A stretch of 64,000 nt of DNA from Sphagnum compactum (Eukaryota). Under the pieces are notes generated by a model. It searched no databases. It was given only the letters and a program-made list of their open reading frames with translations, and was not told the origin of the DNA. Below, piece after piece: positions 1-12,545 of this stretch. Both the position numbers and the translations under genes were made by a program. Position 1 is the stretch's first letter, and each line of letters begins with the position of its first letter. The stretch covers positions 8,742,001 through 8,806,000 of the forward strand of contig OZ234494.1 in assembly GCA_965153455.1 (NCBI GenBank). The letters are read 5' to 3'.

Positions 1-873
1 ACCTTGAGCTGTAGAGCTAGGCTCATCAAATAATGGGGAAGAAAGGTTTAGCACATGGGATCAAGGGGGTCATGGAGGTAGAAGAGTTGATTCAAGCATA
101 GAGAAATCATTTGTTGATGTGAGGGCTTGCTTTTTTTACTATTGTATCTTTTCACCTCTTGAATCTGTGATTGGAACTAATGCAATTGGGCACCAAATTT
201 TGTCCAGTTCAACTCTATGCCCTTCACTTTGCACACCAAAGCTCTTGCAAACTGTAGTGATTAGGGTGTTTAATCTTTGACATAACCTTCCAATAAAAAA
301 TTTCAATCTTTTCACAATGTCTGCTTCAAACTTTTGGTCATATTGCCAACCATTTGTGAGCCATGGATTATAATACCAAAAATTGTTAAGCTTTAGTTCC
401 ATAGTTTTCCTTAGTATTAATGATTTGAATCCTGATAAACCTCCAAGTAATAATTATTAGGATTTGGATTAACCTTTGGATATTTCAGCGTAGAAGACTC
501 TTTTATTTAAATTGATGCAAGGCTTAGTTAGTTTTAGGACCTAGTAAACCTATTTAAGTGCATTATCCTTTTATGTTGTAGAGAAGGGAAAGGGGATGTA
601 GAATTAGATGTGATTTATTGATATATTGGGAATACAAGCCCATAACTAACAATAGCATTTCGCCATGACAATATTAAGTTAGCCTGTAGAATAATCTTCA
701 GGCACGAATGATGTACTGGAAAGATTTCTAGGATGCAGTCCTAATACATCTTTATTTAGTCTTCACTTCTATCAGACGCTTAGATAGAATCAAAATCAAA
801 CTTAAGTATTAACATTTCCACTTGAGTGGCCTCAGGTGAATTACAACTTAGTAAACAACTTTAAGAAGATAGA

Positions 874-1317
874 TCACAATTGCAAAAACTCTAGAATGCG
901 ACGTATGGTGCGAGCTAGGTATTCGGCTCGATGCTGCATGGAAAGGGGGTTAATTGGGCCTCGTAGCCAACGGTAATGGCCATCACCAGGAACCCAAGTT
1001 CGACAATGAAGACAAACATCGTCGTCTTCACATTGACACTCTTTAAACCTTTCTGGCGCGGTTCCTCGAGCAGGAACGAATTCTAAATAAATTGCTAAAG
1101 CATGTTGGTTAGGAGACAATCGATGATCGCATGCCGAACGATCGACTCGAGTGCGCACCACTCTTCTGGATGGTTCTTCTTTGCGTGACCGTTGAGAGAC
1201 ATTCACCGCAAGCGCTACTGCGTCAAGCGGTGTTTCGTCAAGCGGTGCTTCTTTAAGCTCTTCCTTGTCTACTGGTGCAACTGGAGGATTCGAAGGCGTA
1301 GCGACATCATCTGCCAT
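874..1317 (-). CDS. Orphan 147-aa ORF (MADDVATPSNPP...CQCEDDDVCLHC...), probably an accessory ORF of a mobile element
   Basis: Uninterrupted ORF from ATG at 1317, CpG-rich relative to its flanks, with an AT-rich TATA-like stretch at ~1396-1410. No family recognised. Confidence 0.35.
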   Translation of the reverse strand: MADDVATPSNPPVAPVDKEELKEAPLDETPLDAVALAVNVSQRSRKEEPSRRVVRTRVDRSACDHRLSPNQHALAIYLEFVPARGTAPERFKECQCEDDDVCLHCRTWVPGDGHYRWLRGPINPLSMQHRAEYLARTIRRILEFLQL

Positions 1318-2191
1318 GACTAAATTATCACCTGCATCAACAAAAATAGAGGGTAGCAGAAACAATGTGGTACTTGCATTCAGAAGGGGTCAAGGCCTTT
1401 TTATTTAACAAATTAGGGTAGGCGTAAAGTGTGGGAATGACGGCGGAACCTCATGAAAATTCAAACATCCTAGATCTAATGGATTCATCGAACCCTAATT
1501 TCGACGGTGGATCTAGGAGTATGTGAGGGTTTTTGTGATGCAAATTTCAATTCCAATTTACTATGTACTACATAGTTCATTAATGCATGGAAGAAAAAAT
1601 AAGTAGGGAATATCAAAAGAGTAAATGGTACGTGGGGATGTTACTTCAACCATTGAATTGATTTAGTCAAGTAAGGATTCAAGGATGTTTACTTGTTACT
1701 ATCGATAAATTGTCTTAGTAGTTAGTTATTTGAAATAATTAGGATGAAGAAGTAGGATGTGAAGGTCAACGGACGGAAAGGATAAGGATCAAGCTCAAGA
1801 ACCTCATCAAGCTATCTAAGATAAGGGGAAGGATGAGTCCTCCAATCCCATTAGTCATGAGGATTGTTATCCTATTTGATTGGAGGATGGAATATTTTTT
1901 GTGTCTCATTGGGTCCAATAATTCTCAACCTAAAATCAATTAGAGGGTAAATCATTCTCAATTCTCATTAACTCTTAAAGGATGAGGAGGCCATTGATTA
2001 GAGGGAAGGATTTCGAAGCTTCCATTGGTCCAGGGAAACAAGCTCAAGGAAGGTCATGGAGGCTTACCAAGGGAGAGGGGAGTATCTTGTGTTGGGGAAG
2101 GGGAAAGGAAGAGAATGAATGTGTGAGGAAAAGATTAGTTCTTATGTGTGGAAAGGTGTTGTTCATGAAAAGGATGTGTGCAAGAAATAAG

Positions 2192-2775
2192 CATGGAAGG
2201 ATTTCCATGACAAAGCCTCTGGAGTTTTGTTTCAAATAGTTGTTCCTTTCGAATCCACCGTTGGATTTGTGTCAAACTTAAAACACTTCTTGTTTAGGAG
2301 GTGTGGAAGTTTCTCTTCAAATTTCAGCATCATCGGGTTTGCTGTAAGGGAGCTACACTTGCCGGAAGTAGAGGGTGTTTGTAGTGGAGTTCATGGAAGG
2401 ATTTCCATGACAAAGCCTCTGGAGTTTTGTTTCAAATAGTTTTTCCTTTCGAATCCACCGTTGGATTTGTGTCAAATTTAAAACAGTTCTTGTTTAGGTG
2501 GTGTAGAAGGTTTTTCTCAAATTTCAGCATCATCAGGTTTGGTGCAAGGGAGCTACACTTGCCGGAAGTAGAGGGTGTTTGTAGTGAAGTTCATGGAAGG
2601 ATTTCCATGACAAAGCCTCTAGAGTTTTATTTCAAATAGTTGTTCCTTTCGAATTCACCGTTGGATTTGTGTCAAACTTAAAACAATTCTTGTTTAGGAG
2701 GTGTAGAAGGTTCTCTCTAAATTTCAGCATTATCGGGTTTACTATAAGGGAGCTACACTTGCCGAAAGTAGAGGG
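2192..2775. repeat. Tandem repeat, 200-bp period, about 2.9 copies
   Basis: CATGGAAGGATTTCCATGACAAAGCCTCT recurs at 2192, 2392 and 2592, and the units are highly similar. Confidence 0.95.
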
Positions 2776-4094
2776 GGTTGAATTTGTCTGTTTTTTCCTC
2801 AATCTAAGCAAAGTGATGTTTAGTCCAAAGGCTTAACTCTTGATCAAAAAAATAAAATAAAATTATAAGATTTTGTAACATGGCTCCTTTTAGATTAGCC
2901 TTTTCAAAAATCTAATGCATGTTAGATTATGAGGTTGTATGTAGATGTTATGACGAATGGAACAAAAAAGGTTCAACCATCAAGCGTGACATTGAATGAA
3001 TGTCAACATAATGCCCTTCATATTCCATCATGGTGAGTTACGATCCTCCCACAATGTCTTTGTATCTTCCAAGTGAACACAACGCATTAAATTCTTAGTG
3101 AGCTTCATTGCATTACCTTGAACCACCGTACTTGTTATACTACAACTACATAGTAGTTCCACTTCTAAGCAGGTTTTGTGAGTGCATATCTATATGTTGA
3201 ACGTGTGCAAGAATTCCTCACACCATTCTTACTTGATCATGACTCAAAATGTTCACAAATCTCATATAGGGTTACATCCTCGTTGGCCAGCTTCAAAATG
3301 TTCTTCCTTGTGTTATGTAATTTTCAATGAGTTTGAAACCACGAAACATCCATCGTCATGGCCATACTTAATGCCTTGTGTGAAACACATTGTGAAAAAC
3401 ATAAAAATAACAAGTGAAAACAAGATCAGAGCTATACAAACCTCTACTACAATGTTCAATTCACAACCTACCTTAAGACTACAAGTTCATTAAAACAAGA
3501 GTGGTAAGTACCCAAATTCTTGCAAAACTGTTGCACTTGCACACTCCTGTCCACACAATTTTTTACAGACTATGTACATTTTGCATGTTTTACACGCGTG
3601 ATTTGTACATCCCTTCATTCTGCTAGATATCGATTCCATGGTTGAAGATGTTGGAGGGAAATCTAAAGAGGGAATTTACAACTCAAGCGGGAAGAAGCTT
3701 CAAATGCGCATTCACTTTTTCCTTTGAACTTAAACAGGAACTAGAAAACTCAAAACGGGAAGGGCTATGAAAGATGCCTCCTTGACATCTTTTCTTCAAA
3801 CAGTTGGACAATAGTTGTTACGTTCAAGGGCTGAGAAAATTAAGTGATGAAGAAGAGACCTGCAAACAAGACTCATAGAAAGTTGAAAACAAGATTAGGG
3901 CATGAAGATGAAAGTGAGGCGTGAAAATGGGTCAACTTTCAAAACCCAGCTTTGACCAAAGTTGCCTGCTTTGAAAATTGACCAGCCAGTCAAACTATAA
4001 CCCACCACTTTGTAATTTCAAAAAAAAAGAAAAAAATCAAGGACAATCCTGAGGTCTTATGGCAAAAAAATGGTACCTTCATTGTGAATGAACC

Positions 4095-4475
4095 CACCTC
4101 AAACGTTGAAACCTCAAACCTTAAATTTCAGACCTCAAATGCTTAGAACTTGAAGTTCAAACCTCACACCTTATATAATGAAACTTCAAACATTTAGACC
4201 TTCGACGCTTAGACGTCCAAACTTCATATTTCAAACACTTAGACCTTCAATGTTCAGACATCAAAGTTCAAGCATTTTTGAAAACTCAAAACTCAAACCT
4301 CACACCTTAAAATTTAAACCTCAAACACTTAGACTTTAAACACTTAGACCTTTAATGTTCAAATTAGACCTTATACCTCAAATGCTTAGATTTTCAAACA
4401 TTTAAACCTTCAATGCTTAGGCCTCAGACCTCAAACATTAAAACTCGAAATTCGCTCCTCAAACCTTAAGCTCAA
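4095..4475. repeat. Degenerate short-period tandem array (AAACACTTAGACCTT/CAAACCTC-like units)
   Basis: Repeated cttagacc and tcaaacc motifs throughout. Confidence 0.75.
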
Positions 4476-5604
4476 ACACAAAGAAAGTTTGTAGTAGGGA
4501 CAAAACTTTTAGCACCGTTTTTGCAAAGCTTTGATGCGACAAAAAGGAGACCAAGGGACTAGGGAAGCTTCAAAACCCTAAACACTCAATGTTGATTAGG
4601 AATCTTGAAAACCTTAAACATATTTAGTAAGGATATGCATATTTAGATGTACATATCCAAACCCTAAACACCATATCAAGGATATGTATAAAATAATTAT
4701 GCATATCTAACATCTCATCTAAACATAACAATGAATATGAATAATGAAAAAACCTAGATTTGCATATATGTATATAAGTAAGGATATATGAAATGACTTA
4801 CAGAAGCTGGTCACCAATAGTTCCAAATATGGGAAATGCGCAGAATCCAGATATGAATTATTGTTGATTGTGGTAATATGCATGTTGATAATTAGCGCAC
4901 TTAACCATATCTGGCCAACACTAGTTGTAACTCACAACTTAATAGCCAATCAAAGGGTTGATGTTTTCATGAGGGATGGTTATAAATTAAGTAACCTTTG
5001 AGAAGTCATTGATTATTAAAAATAATTGAGGCATGGTAACGCTAAAAGTATTTTTAATAATCGATGACCTTGAGTTGGTTACTGGATGTGACCATCCCTC
5101 ATGAGAATTGAGACACCCTCCTTTTCATCCTATAGAGAGAGGCTATGAAATTTTCATCCAACCAATGAAATGTTATGGAGTCATCAAGCCAACGAGAGCT
5201 CAAGGTGGTACCTTGTGTTAACTAGTAAGTCATTAATGAAACAAAGTTCAAAGGTTATGGGTTGTAAGTCAAAACTTGACAACCAACCAAAACATTGACA
5301 ATACACATAAGGATGGTTATAGCAAAGGCTAAAATAAAAATGTTCCATGAAGTTCCTAAGAAAATTAATTCACATTTCATAGTAATAACTAATAACACTT
5401 GGTGAACATTCTCACAATGTGAGACCAAATGAAAACTAGGTACATCCTTCCATAGTCTAGAGAGTTTACAAGTAGAGCCAAGAAAGCTAACATGGATGAA
5501 AAAACAACTGATTTTTTCTCTTGAAAATAATTCAATGGAAGAAATTATAGAGAGAGAAAAATATACCTTTTCCACGTCATTAACAAAGACATGGCCAAAA
5601 ATGG

Positions 5605-6610
5605 TTCAATTTCAAGATTCCATCTCGGAGCATTTGCACCATCATACATGTTCTAGCATGCTTTTCGACAGGATATTTGAGACCCATTGTGCTTGAATCT
5701 TATCATGTTTTGGCCCCAGGGCGGGCATTTGGTTTATAGCTTGACCAACCGTCCCAACCTTTCAATTATTTTCCCCATCTTTCTTCACAACGCTTTGAAT
5801 GCGACTTGGATTATCACATTTTCAATTGTAGGTATCCCTCAATGCATGTGCACACATCCCATCGATGTTATAGGTGTCCACCTTTTATGTTCCACCCACG
5901 GCAATGAACGGACAGGCACCCATGATGCAGATTGTAACACTTTTGCTGCCATTGCATGAGATGCCAACTTCCATGTGGGATGAGAACAACTACACACGCT
6001 TTTTTTAACCATGTTCCACTCCTCTCATCGATGAGTTGACATTGTGCTCACCAAAAATGGAATTTGCACCTTAGTCAATGTTGTCACTGCTAATCCAACA
6101 TGAGTAGATTTATTTTGTCAAGCTTGCACGACTTGAGGATTTGTTTGCCTCTGAAGCAGCTCAAGCCAAAGAAAAGAGCTATCACGACCAACACTCCACT
6201 GATCATTTCCTCCCTTTAACAATTGAGATGTTTGGATATCTAAATGAACAAGTTGATGTGTTCTTACATGATTGTGCCAATCCCATGTGGAACTTCAAAG
6301 GGCCCTCCTCTTTTAGTCTTAGTTATTTTTCTTCGTCAAAAAATTTCAATTACATCACAAAGGATGCAAACATTCTCCATCTTAAGTTGGGTGGTAATAA
6401 TAGATCTAACTACTTTTTAACTTTCACCCCTTCAAGACGCACCTCCCATCACCATAGTTGACCTCCTACAAGCGGTTAATTATTGAGAGAGAGATTTTGA
6501 CATCTAGTTTGTGTTAGCTTCACGTCCTATAGATTAAACCTTTTTATTTCTCTTTTTCCCTTGTACATTTTCTATATGTGCGATGTGTTAATTAATAAAG
6601 TTTTGCAGGG
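5605..6610 (+). mobile_element. 5'-truncated, decayed non-LTR retrotransposon 3' end with restriction-like endonuclease (CRE/R2-like RLE group)
   Basis: Translation across stops gives A*ILSCFGPRAGIW..A*P....FQL....F.TTL*MRLGL, then CMC-x9-HLLC...THD (zinc knuckle plus RHD-like motif), then HR*VDIVL...TLVNVV...AAQAKEKSY...FLPLTIEMFG (PD-(D/E)xK-type nuclease). AATAAA occurs at ~6594. Confidence 0.75.
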
Positions 6611-6949
6611 TTAACACAAAAACACACAATCAGAGCATCAAGATTCTCATGACGGATGGTTAGAGCAAGTTTTTTTTTAAAAAAAAAACACATTAAAAAA
6701 TAGTTTGTGTCACATAAACCCTAAACCAGCTCTTGTCGAAAACAGCCACCTGTTTTCTTCGATTCTTTGGGTTTTGTATGTTTTCGGGGAGGATTTTGGG
6801 TTTCGAAGTGGGGTTGATGGCGCACGCTTTCTTTTTCTAGGCAGTAGTGGGTCGGCAGCACAGAGACTTGGTTTTGAGAGTAGGCGGACTGTTGGAAGTG
6901 GGTTGTGTGTATGTGTGTTTTGTTCGGATTTTCCTGGAGGTGTGGAGAG

Positions 6950-9900
6950 ATGGCAAGCACCGTCATTGGGGTAGTAAAGCAGCCAGTGGCGTCGTCTTTT
7001 CTACTTCCTTCCAAGGCTCAGCGTGTGACGCATTATCAACTCAATAAACAACCTTCCTTCTCCTTGCCTCTTCCTCTCCCTATACGAAAGCACCCAAGGT
7101 ATTTATGTTGTGCCTGTCCTTCTCTTGCCTTAGTCTCCTCCTCCACACATTCTCTTCTCCATCCAATTGCCAAAAATGTTTTTTGTTGGTTGGCATCACC
7201 AGTGCTGAAGCTTGGGTTTAGGGTTTAGTGTTTAGGGTCCAGAAGGAAAAGGGTCCCCATTGAGGAATAGGGTTAGCAGTGTGATCCCATGCATATACAT
7301 TCTGGAACTCATAAGCTTATAGCTGCACTCCTTGTCAAAGTACCTTTGAATCGACATTGTGGAGATTTCTCTGTAATTTGATATTCTTCACAACATCGAT
7401 TACATATGTATTCTGGAACCCTAAACCCTTCGCAAAAATTCTCATAGTCTTGTTAAATTGTGCTTCCTATCTATCTACGTATGTCGCTCCAATTATCACT
7501 AATTAAGCACTCTGGAAATCTCAATTTTCAGTAGGAATCTGAGTTCTTTTAGGTCTACTTAGATGAGTTGTTCTAAATCCAGGGATTAAATACTTTCGTA
7601 ATCTTGTGGTTTTTAGCAATTTTCCACCCCTGAAAAACTCTTTTCAGTTCTTAATTGCTCATATTCCTCTGATTTCCACTGGAGAAAGTTATGTGGATTT
7701 GTGCATTAAATGTGAATGCAGGAAAATCTCAGTGTCAGCTGCTTTAAAATCTGAAGGTTATTGATCCCATCTTCATTTGATAGCCACAATCTATGGTCTA
7801 TCAGGTGATGTATTTGCCTCAAAAACAGTTTTTTTTTGCAATCAGGATTCCCAAGGAGCAGTTTTTGTAGTGGAGATTTTGGGCACAGATTGGTGTTTAA
7901 AAGAGAGATGTTGTGGTGGGGAAACAGGGATGATCTTGAGTTACTGACGTCAGCGTATTCTGGACCCATAACACAGGGTGGACAGGGACCACCCACTCAT
8001 GCTAGCTGAGCGATTTCAGAGTGTTATTACACAGCTCTTCCAGCAGGTTGAGTTTGTTCTCCCAAGTTTCAGGGAAAGAAAATGAATTGTATCTCTTTGA
8101 GTTTTATGTTTTGTAGCACTGCTGGTTCTTCTTTTTTTCCACCTCACTAGAATATGTATGGATTGCAATGCTCAAGCGGTTCAGACTCTGCATGTTTTCA
8201 GTCCCCGCATTTCCCCTTTTCCATGTGGTTCCTGAAAGCTCTAGCATCTCATCGAGTGTACAGCCATTAGTGGGACTAATGAAGTTTCGACTTTCTCATA
8301 AGAGAGGTGTTTGCAAGAATTTCTTGCATTTTGAGTAGGAGTAATGGTGATTTTGATTTCTATTAGTGGGACTTTTTGAGTAGGACTTACAGTGATTTTG
8401 ATTTTCTTTCTGATTGGGAATGTGAAAACAGAGGATAATTCGGCGCGGTGGGGCAGTGGATGATGACATGGCAAATTTAATTTTTGCACAACTGTTGTAT
8501 TTAGATGCTGCTGATCCCAACAGGGTCTGTCTTGTAAGCCAAGCCCTAAGGTTCATGGAAATGGTCCTGAGGCTTATTGCATGATCGACAATGCTGCATA
8601 TCTGTTGGGGGTCTTTTGCATCTGGAGTATGGTATTATCTTTGTTCAGGTGTCAGGTTTCATATACAAGTGAAGGGTTTAGTGCTCTCAGTTCTAAATTC
8701 TCTGAAAGTTCAGAGTCTGTTTCCATTATCCACTCTTTCAAGCTCATATGAATACAAGGCTTGATCCATAGTCCTTCAGAGATTGCTGGGCTACTTCTGA
8801 AGGACTCTTATTTTCAATTTTTGCAGGACATGTCATGTATGTCAATTCCCCTGGGGGTTCAGTTACTGCAGGTAAGCAAAATTCCAGTGCTCTGAAGAAA
8901 TGTAGAAACTTGGGTGTACACTGGTTTCAGAACTCACATACTCCAGAATTGCAGTTGGCCAAGAAAAGATTTTGTTCGTTCCATCAGTAGTTTCTGCATT
9001 GGGGGACCCATCCCTCATGTGATCTGGAAGCCTTGTATAAGGCTAAAGAAAGAGATGTGTGTTTTGACGTTTTTATAGCATGGTTAGCATGTGTTGTAAC
9101 AGGTATGGCGGTATTTGACACAATGAGACATATCTGACCAGATGTGAGTACTATTTGTGTTGGCCTTGCTGCCAGGTACTTTCATCCTTTCATCTCTGTT
9201 CATGGCCATTCAGGGTGCACCTCAATGCCCAGGTTTAGGGTTTCACCAGTCAAATAAATAAACAGTAAAATCTCTATCTGAGTCCAAGACCAAGATTGCT
9301 GTGGGATTTATCTTGGTCCAACAGGATCAATTGCCATGGCCTCTTACAAAAACCATGTTTGTGTCCTATCATATGGGCCAGTGCAAGACCCTGACATCCT
9401 TCAAAGGCTGCAGCTTGGCTTATACCATACTGTGCACCCTTAAACAATACACACAGTCCAATTGGGGAAGATATATGTGACCAATTGGGTACTGCTGAAT
9501 TTGCAGTATGGGAGCATTCCTACTCAGTGCTGGTACAAAAGGTACTGTAAGACCTTACCTGTCCTAGAATATTATCTGTTCTTCTATAAATTCTGTTCTG
9601 CCTCTGAGGTTCAAGTGTTTGCAGATGTTTGTTTGCTGTAGAGGAGCAACTATATGACAAGTTGCTTTACTCAGAACTCATGCAAATTCTACATCCTGTG
9701 GTCTTCTGTCTGGAAGCTCATGAGTAAAATTGTACTTTTGATACCATGTCAGGTAAACAGTACAGCCTTCCAAATTCACGGATTATGATTCATCAGCCAC
9801 TTGGAGGTGCACAATGGCAACAGACGGACATTGAGATACAGGTGCACACATGTTTGCCCTTTTTTCTCATTCTTTTCCTTTAACTCTAGAAAATGTGATG

Positions 9901-10284
9901 CAGCATTCTCTTTGTTGTGTTGCATTGTGTTAAGTTGCTGCAGAAAATGAGAGCTCATTTTTAGCATTTTCTTGAAAAAGGAGTAGTGGTTTAGGCATCA
10001 TATGCACCACAAGTCATATTTGTGTTTAGTATGGAAAGCTGATTTTGTTTTCTGTGGTGCTGTTTGTTACTGGGGTCCAGGCAAATGAGATTTTACATCA
10101 TAAGGCAAATCTGAATGGGTACCTTGCGTACCACACAGGGCAACCATATGAGACAATTGTGCAAGATACAGACCAAGATTTTTTCATGAGTGCAAAGGAG
10201 GCAAAGGAGTATGGTCTAATTGATGCTGTGATTTCTAACCCGTTGAAGGCCCTTCAGCCACTGCCTGAACCCATTCCTGCTTGA
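6950..10284 (+). pseudogene. CLPP5: Nuclear-encoded plastid Clp protease proteolytic subunit (ClpP5-like), disabled
   Basis: Nine GT-AG exons: 6950-7098, 7722-7804, 7928-8046, 8432-8524, 8827-8871, 9103-9175, 9507-9541, 9753-9841, 10081-10284. Peptides: [89 protein letters not shown]. Lesions: -1 in exon 2 (TGA at 7762), +1 in exon 3, -1 in exon 5, and TGA at 9135 (HI*PD for HIRPD). Confidence 0.88.
7214..7238. promoter_or_regulatory. Telo-box-like short telomeric motif cluster (TTTAGGG) in intron 1 of the ClpP5 locus; also AAACCCTAAA at 6716-6725
   Basis: GGGTTTAGGGTTTAGTGTTTAGGGT read directly from the sequence. Confidence 0.5.
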
Positions 10285-11051
10285 GTAAACCTGCCTTCAC
10301 ATTGCTCATTGAATCCTCTTTTTGGGCACCCCAATACTTATACCTGAAGACATGTAAATGGGAGGCAGCATATGAGGTTCTGAATTTTCACAAAATGTGA
10401 AAGACTCCAAATAGCTACTCATGGAATTATGTTTTCTTGCTCCAACTGCAACAGTTTCATTGTTGAATTCATGGCTCTCTGAAGGCTCGATGAGGTCCTT
10501 GCCATTTGCTCTGATATAGGTTTCCTCCTTTGAAATTTTTGCTTGAAGTTTGTGAGATCCTGAAGCATTGAGAACACTTATGGCATATGTTAATCACCTT
10601 GACTTTGTGTGGTATGAGCACATATATACCCCTCTCTCTCTTTGAGGATTGCAAACAGTGGTGTTGAAAAAAGTAGCCAATTCTTTTCTGCAGTTTTAAA
10701 GTGTATTTTATGTATACTAATTCACAATTGTAATTTAGTTTACTGGTTGTTTTAGTGGTAAATCAATCATCGATCATGGGTTTTTAAGTTTCATCACCTT
10801 CAACAGCTGCACGCCTTGCTTGCTTGTGTTGGCATGTGTGGGAAAAAAGTAACCTTAAAAATAAGAGATTCTCATTCTCTTGCAAGTGTTACTCCTACAA
10901 GATGGTGACAAATTGATCAACCACAAAATCTGGTGATTGTTGATGACATGTCTAGCAAAAGCCCATTGACAGAATTTCCTTCTCTCTGCTTCTGCTTCTC
11001 TTGCCTAAAGTGGTACAGAATTGTTTTAGTGTATTTGAAGTGCACATTATG

Positions 11052-11257
11052 CTGTAGTACCTTGGCCACTTCAACACTACTTATAATATTTGTAAAAAAT
11101 GTTGATTTTTCAGAAAAAAAAAATGTTCAAAGAAGGAAATTTTGTGAAGGAAATATCGAATCTCCAAGAATATTCTTTTTGTTGAAATCCAAATTTCAAA
11201 TTTAATTAATTATTCAACAAACAAGTGTTAAGTGTTGAAGTGGCCAAGGTACTACAG
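11052..11257. mobile_element. MITE with a perfect 27-bp terminal inverted repeat (probably Tc1/mariner-type)
   Basis: CTGTAGTACCTTGGCCACTTCAACACT at 11052-11078 and its exact reverse complement at 11231-11257. Right flank is TA, left flank is TG. Confidence 0.85.
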
Positions 11258-11499
11258 TATCCCTGAATATCCCTTCTGAAAAAGAGATGGGTTGCGCACA
11301 TGAGGGAAGAAGTGCAGTCGACTGCCGCTCGAGAATCAGATCGGCCCGCGATCGGCCACAAAACCTGGCAGACAGAAAATCCCGACGATCGGCTCGGCCG
11401 CACCCGGCCGACGTCGGCCTGCCACTGTAGCTCCCCTTCCGGCCTGCCCACTAACTGCGGCGCTCCGTTTAGCACTCTGCCCGAGTCTACGAGTTTTAT

Positions 11500-11848
11500 T
11501 GTTCAGCTTCGTGCTCCAGCGTGCTCACCTCCCTCATAGCCATTTTCTCACTGCACACAATACACAGTTTCACCGTTCAGCTTCGTGCTACAGCGTGCTC
11601 ACCTGCCTGCATTCCATAGCCATTTTCTCGCTGCACACAATACAGGCTCACCGTTCACCTTCGTGCTCCAGCGTGCTCACCTGCCTGCATTCCATAGCCA
11701 TTTTCTCACTGCACACAACACAGGCACCGTGTTTCTCAATTTTTTTCTTTAAATCACACTTTCTTCTGTCTTTCTCACTGCACACAATACAGGCACTGTG
11801 TTTCTCAAATGTTTTCTTTGAATCACATTTTCTTCTGTCTTTCTCACC
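11500..11848. repeat. Tandem repeats (~74-78 bp x3, then ~69 bp x2) upstream of the Myb/SANT ORF
   Basis: GTGCTCACCT at 11521, 11595 and 11673. The CTCACTGCACACAA...TTTCTTCTGTCTTTCTCAC block is duplicated. Confidence 0.85.
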
Positions 11849-12545
11849 ATGGAACCGTCCCAAGAGCCAGGTTTCCTGTCCCTGATGATGATGGGTTCGA
11901 GCTCTTCACTTCCCTTGTTCATTGTGCCTCACACAGCACCTCCAGCTCCATCCAAATCCAAGAGAGATCGGAAAGATGATTCTACAGCATTGTTGATGGA
12001 TTTGTTTGAGGAGAAGTTTCTTGCCAATAGCATGAAAAGCTTGATGGACACAGCACCAGTGGCAAGAAATTTCATTGAGGATTGAGGAGGCATTTCCATT
12101 GACCCCTCCGCACACTTGGGCTCAGGTTCAGTCCAAAGTACACAAAATGCGGAAGAAAATTAATCAGTTGAAACATGAGCATGGAGAATCCAGCGCAGGT
12201 CAATGCAAATGGCCATGGTTTGAGCGATGTTTAATGATTTGGGGCAAGACTGCCATGGCTTGTGGCACTGCTGGAGGCATGGACAATGGTGTTCCAATTG
12301 ATTCGGTGGGTGGATCTGCGCAGGAGCCTGCCAACTTGGAGGCTACTGAAAAACATGATACTTCTCCTTCTCCAAACAGACAGGTTCCTCCATTTGCAAG
12401 CAACTCTTCTCAAGGCAGTAAGACTCCACCCACACCAAGGTCAGCAGCTCGCAAGAAGCCAGGGGTGGACGGTAAGCCTCCACAAAAAAATGTTTTAAAG
12501 AAATTGCGTAGAGGGCAGGGAGAGAAAATTAGATGGAGCAGCTAA
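11849..12545 (+). pseudogene. Frameshifted Myb/SANT-like (trihelix-type) DNA-binding ORF, probably PIF/Harbinger-derived
   Basis: Two overlapping ORFs join across a frameshift near 12045: DDSTALLMDLFEEKF...QHQWQEISLRIEEAF...TWAQVQSKVHKMRKK...KWPWFERCLMIWG. It is intronless and preceded by GC-rich GATCGGC/CGGCCG motifs at 11335-11420. Confidence 0.65.

Noticed and set aside
650-675. Possible LTR end plus primer-binding site (minus strand ...TGTCA TGGCG)
   Set aside because: Too short to match a tRNA 3' end confidently, and no second LTR is visible in the window.
1982-2639. Repeated short ORFs ending ...GRISMTKPLEFCFK
   Set aside because: They are by-products of the 200-bp repeat. The period is not a multiple of 3 and no protein motif is evident.
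9135-9137. TGA restored to CGA by U-to-C RNA editing
   Set aside because: This is a spliceosomal nuclear locus, and three frameshifts would remain. CpG deamination is a simpler explanation.
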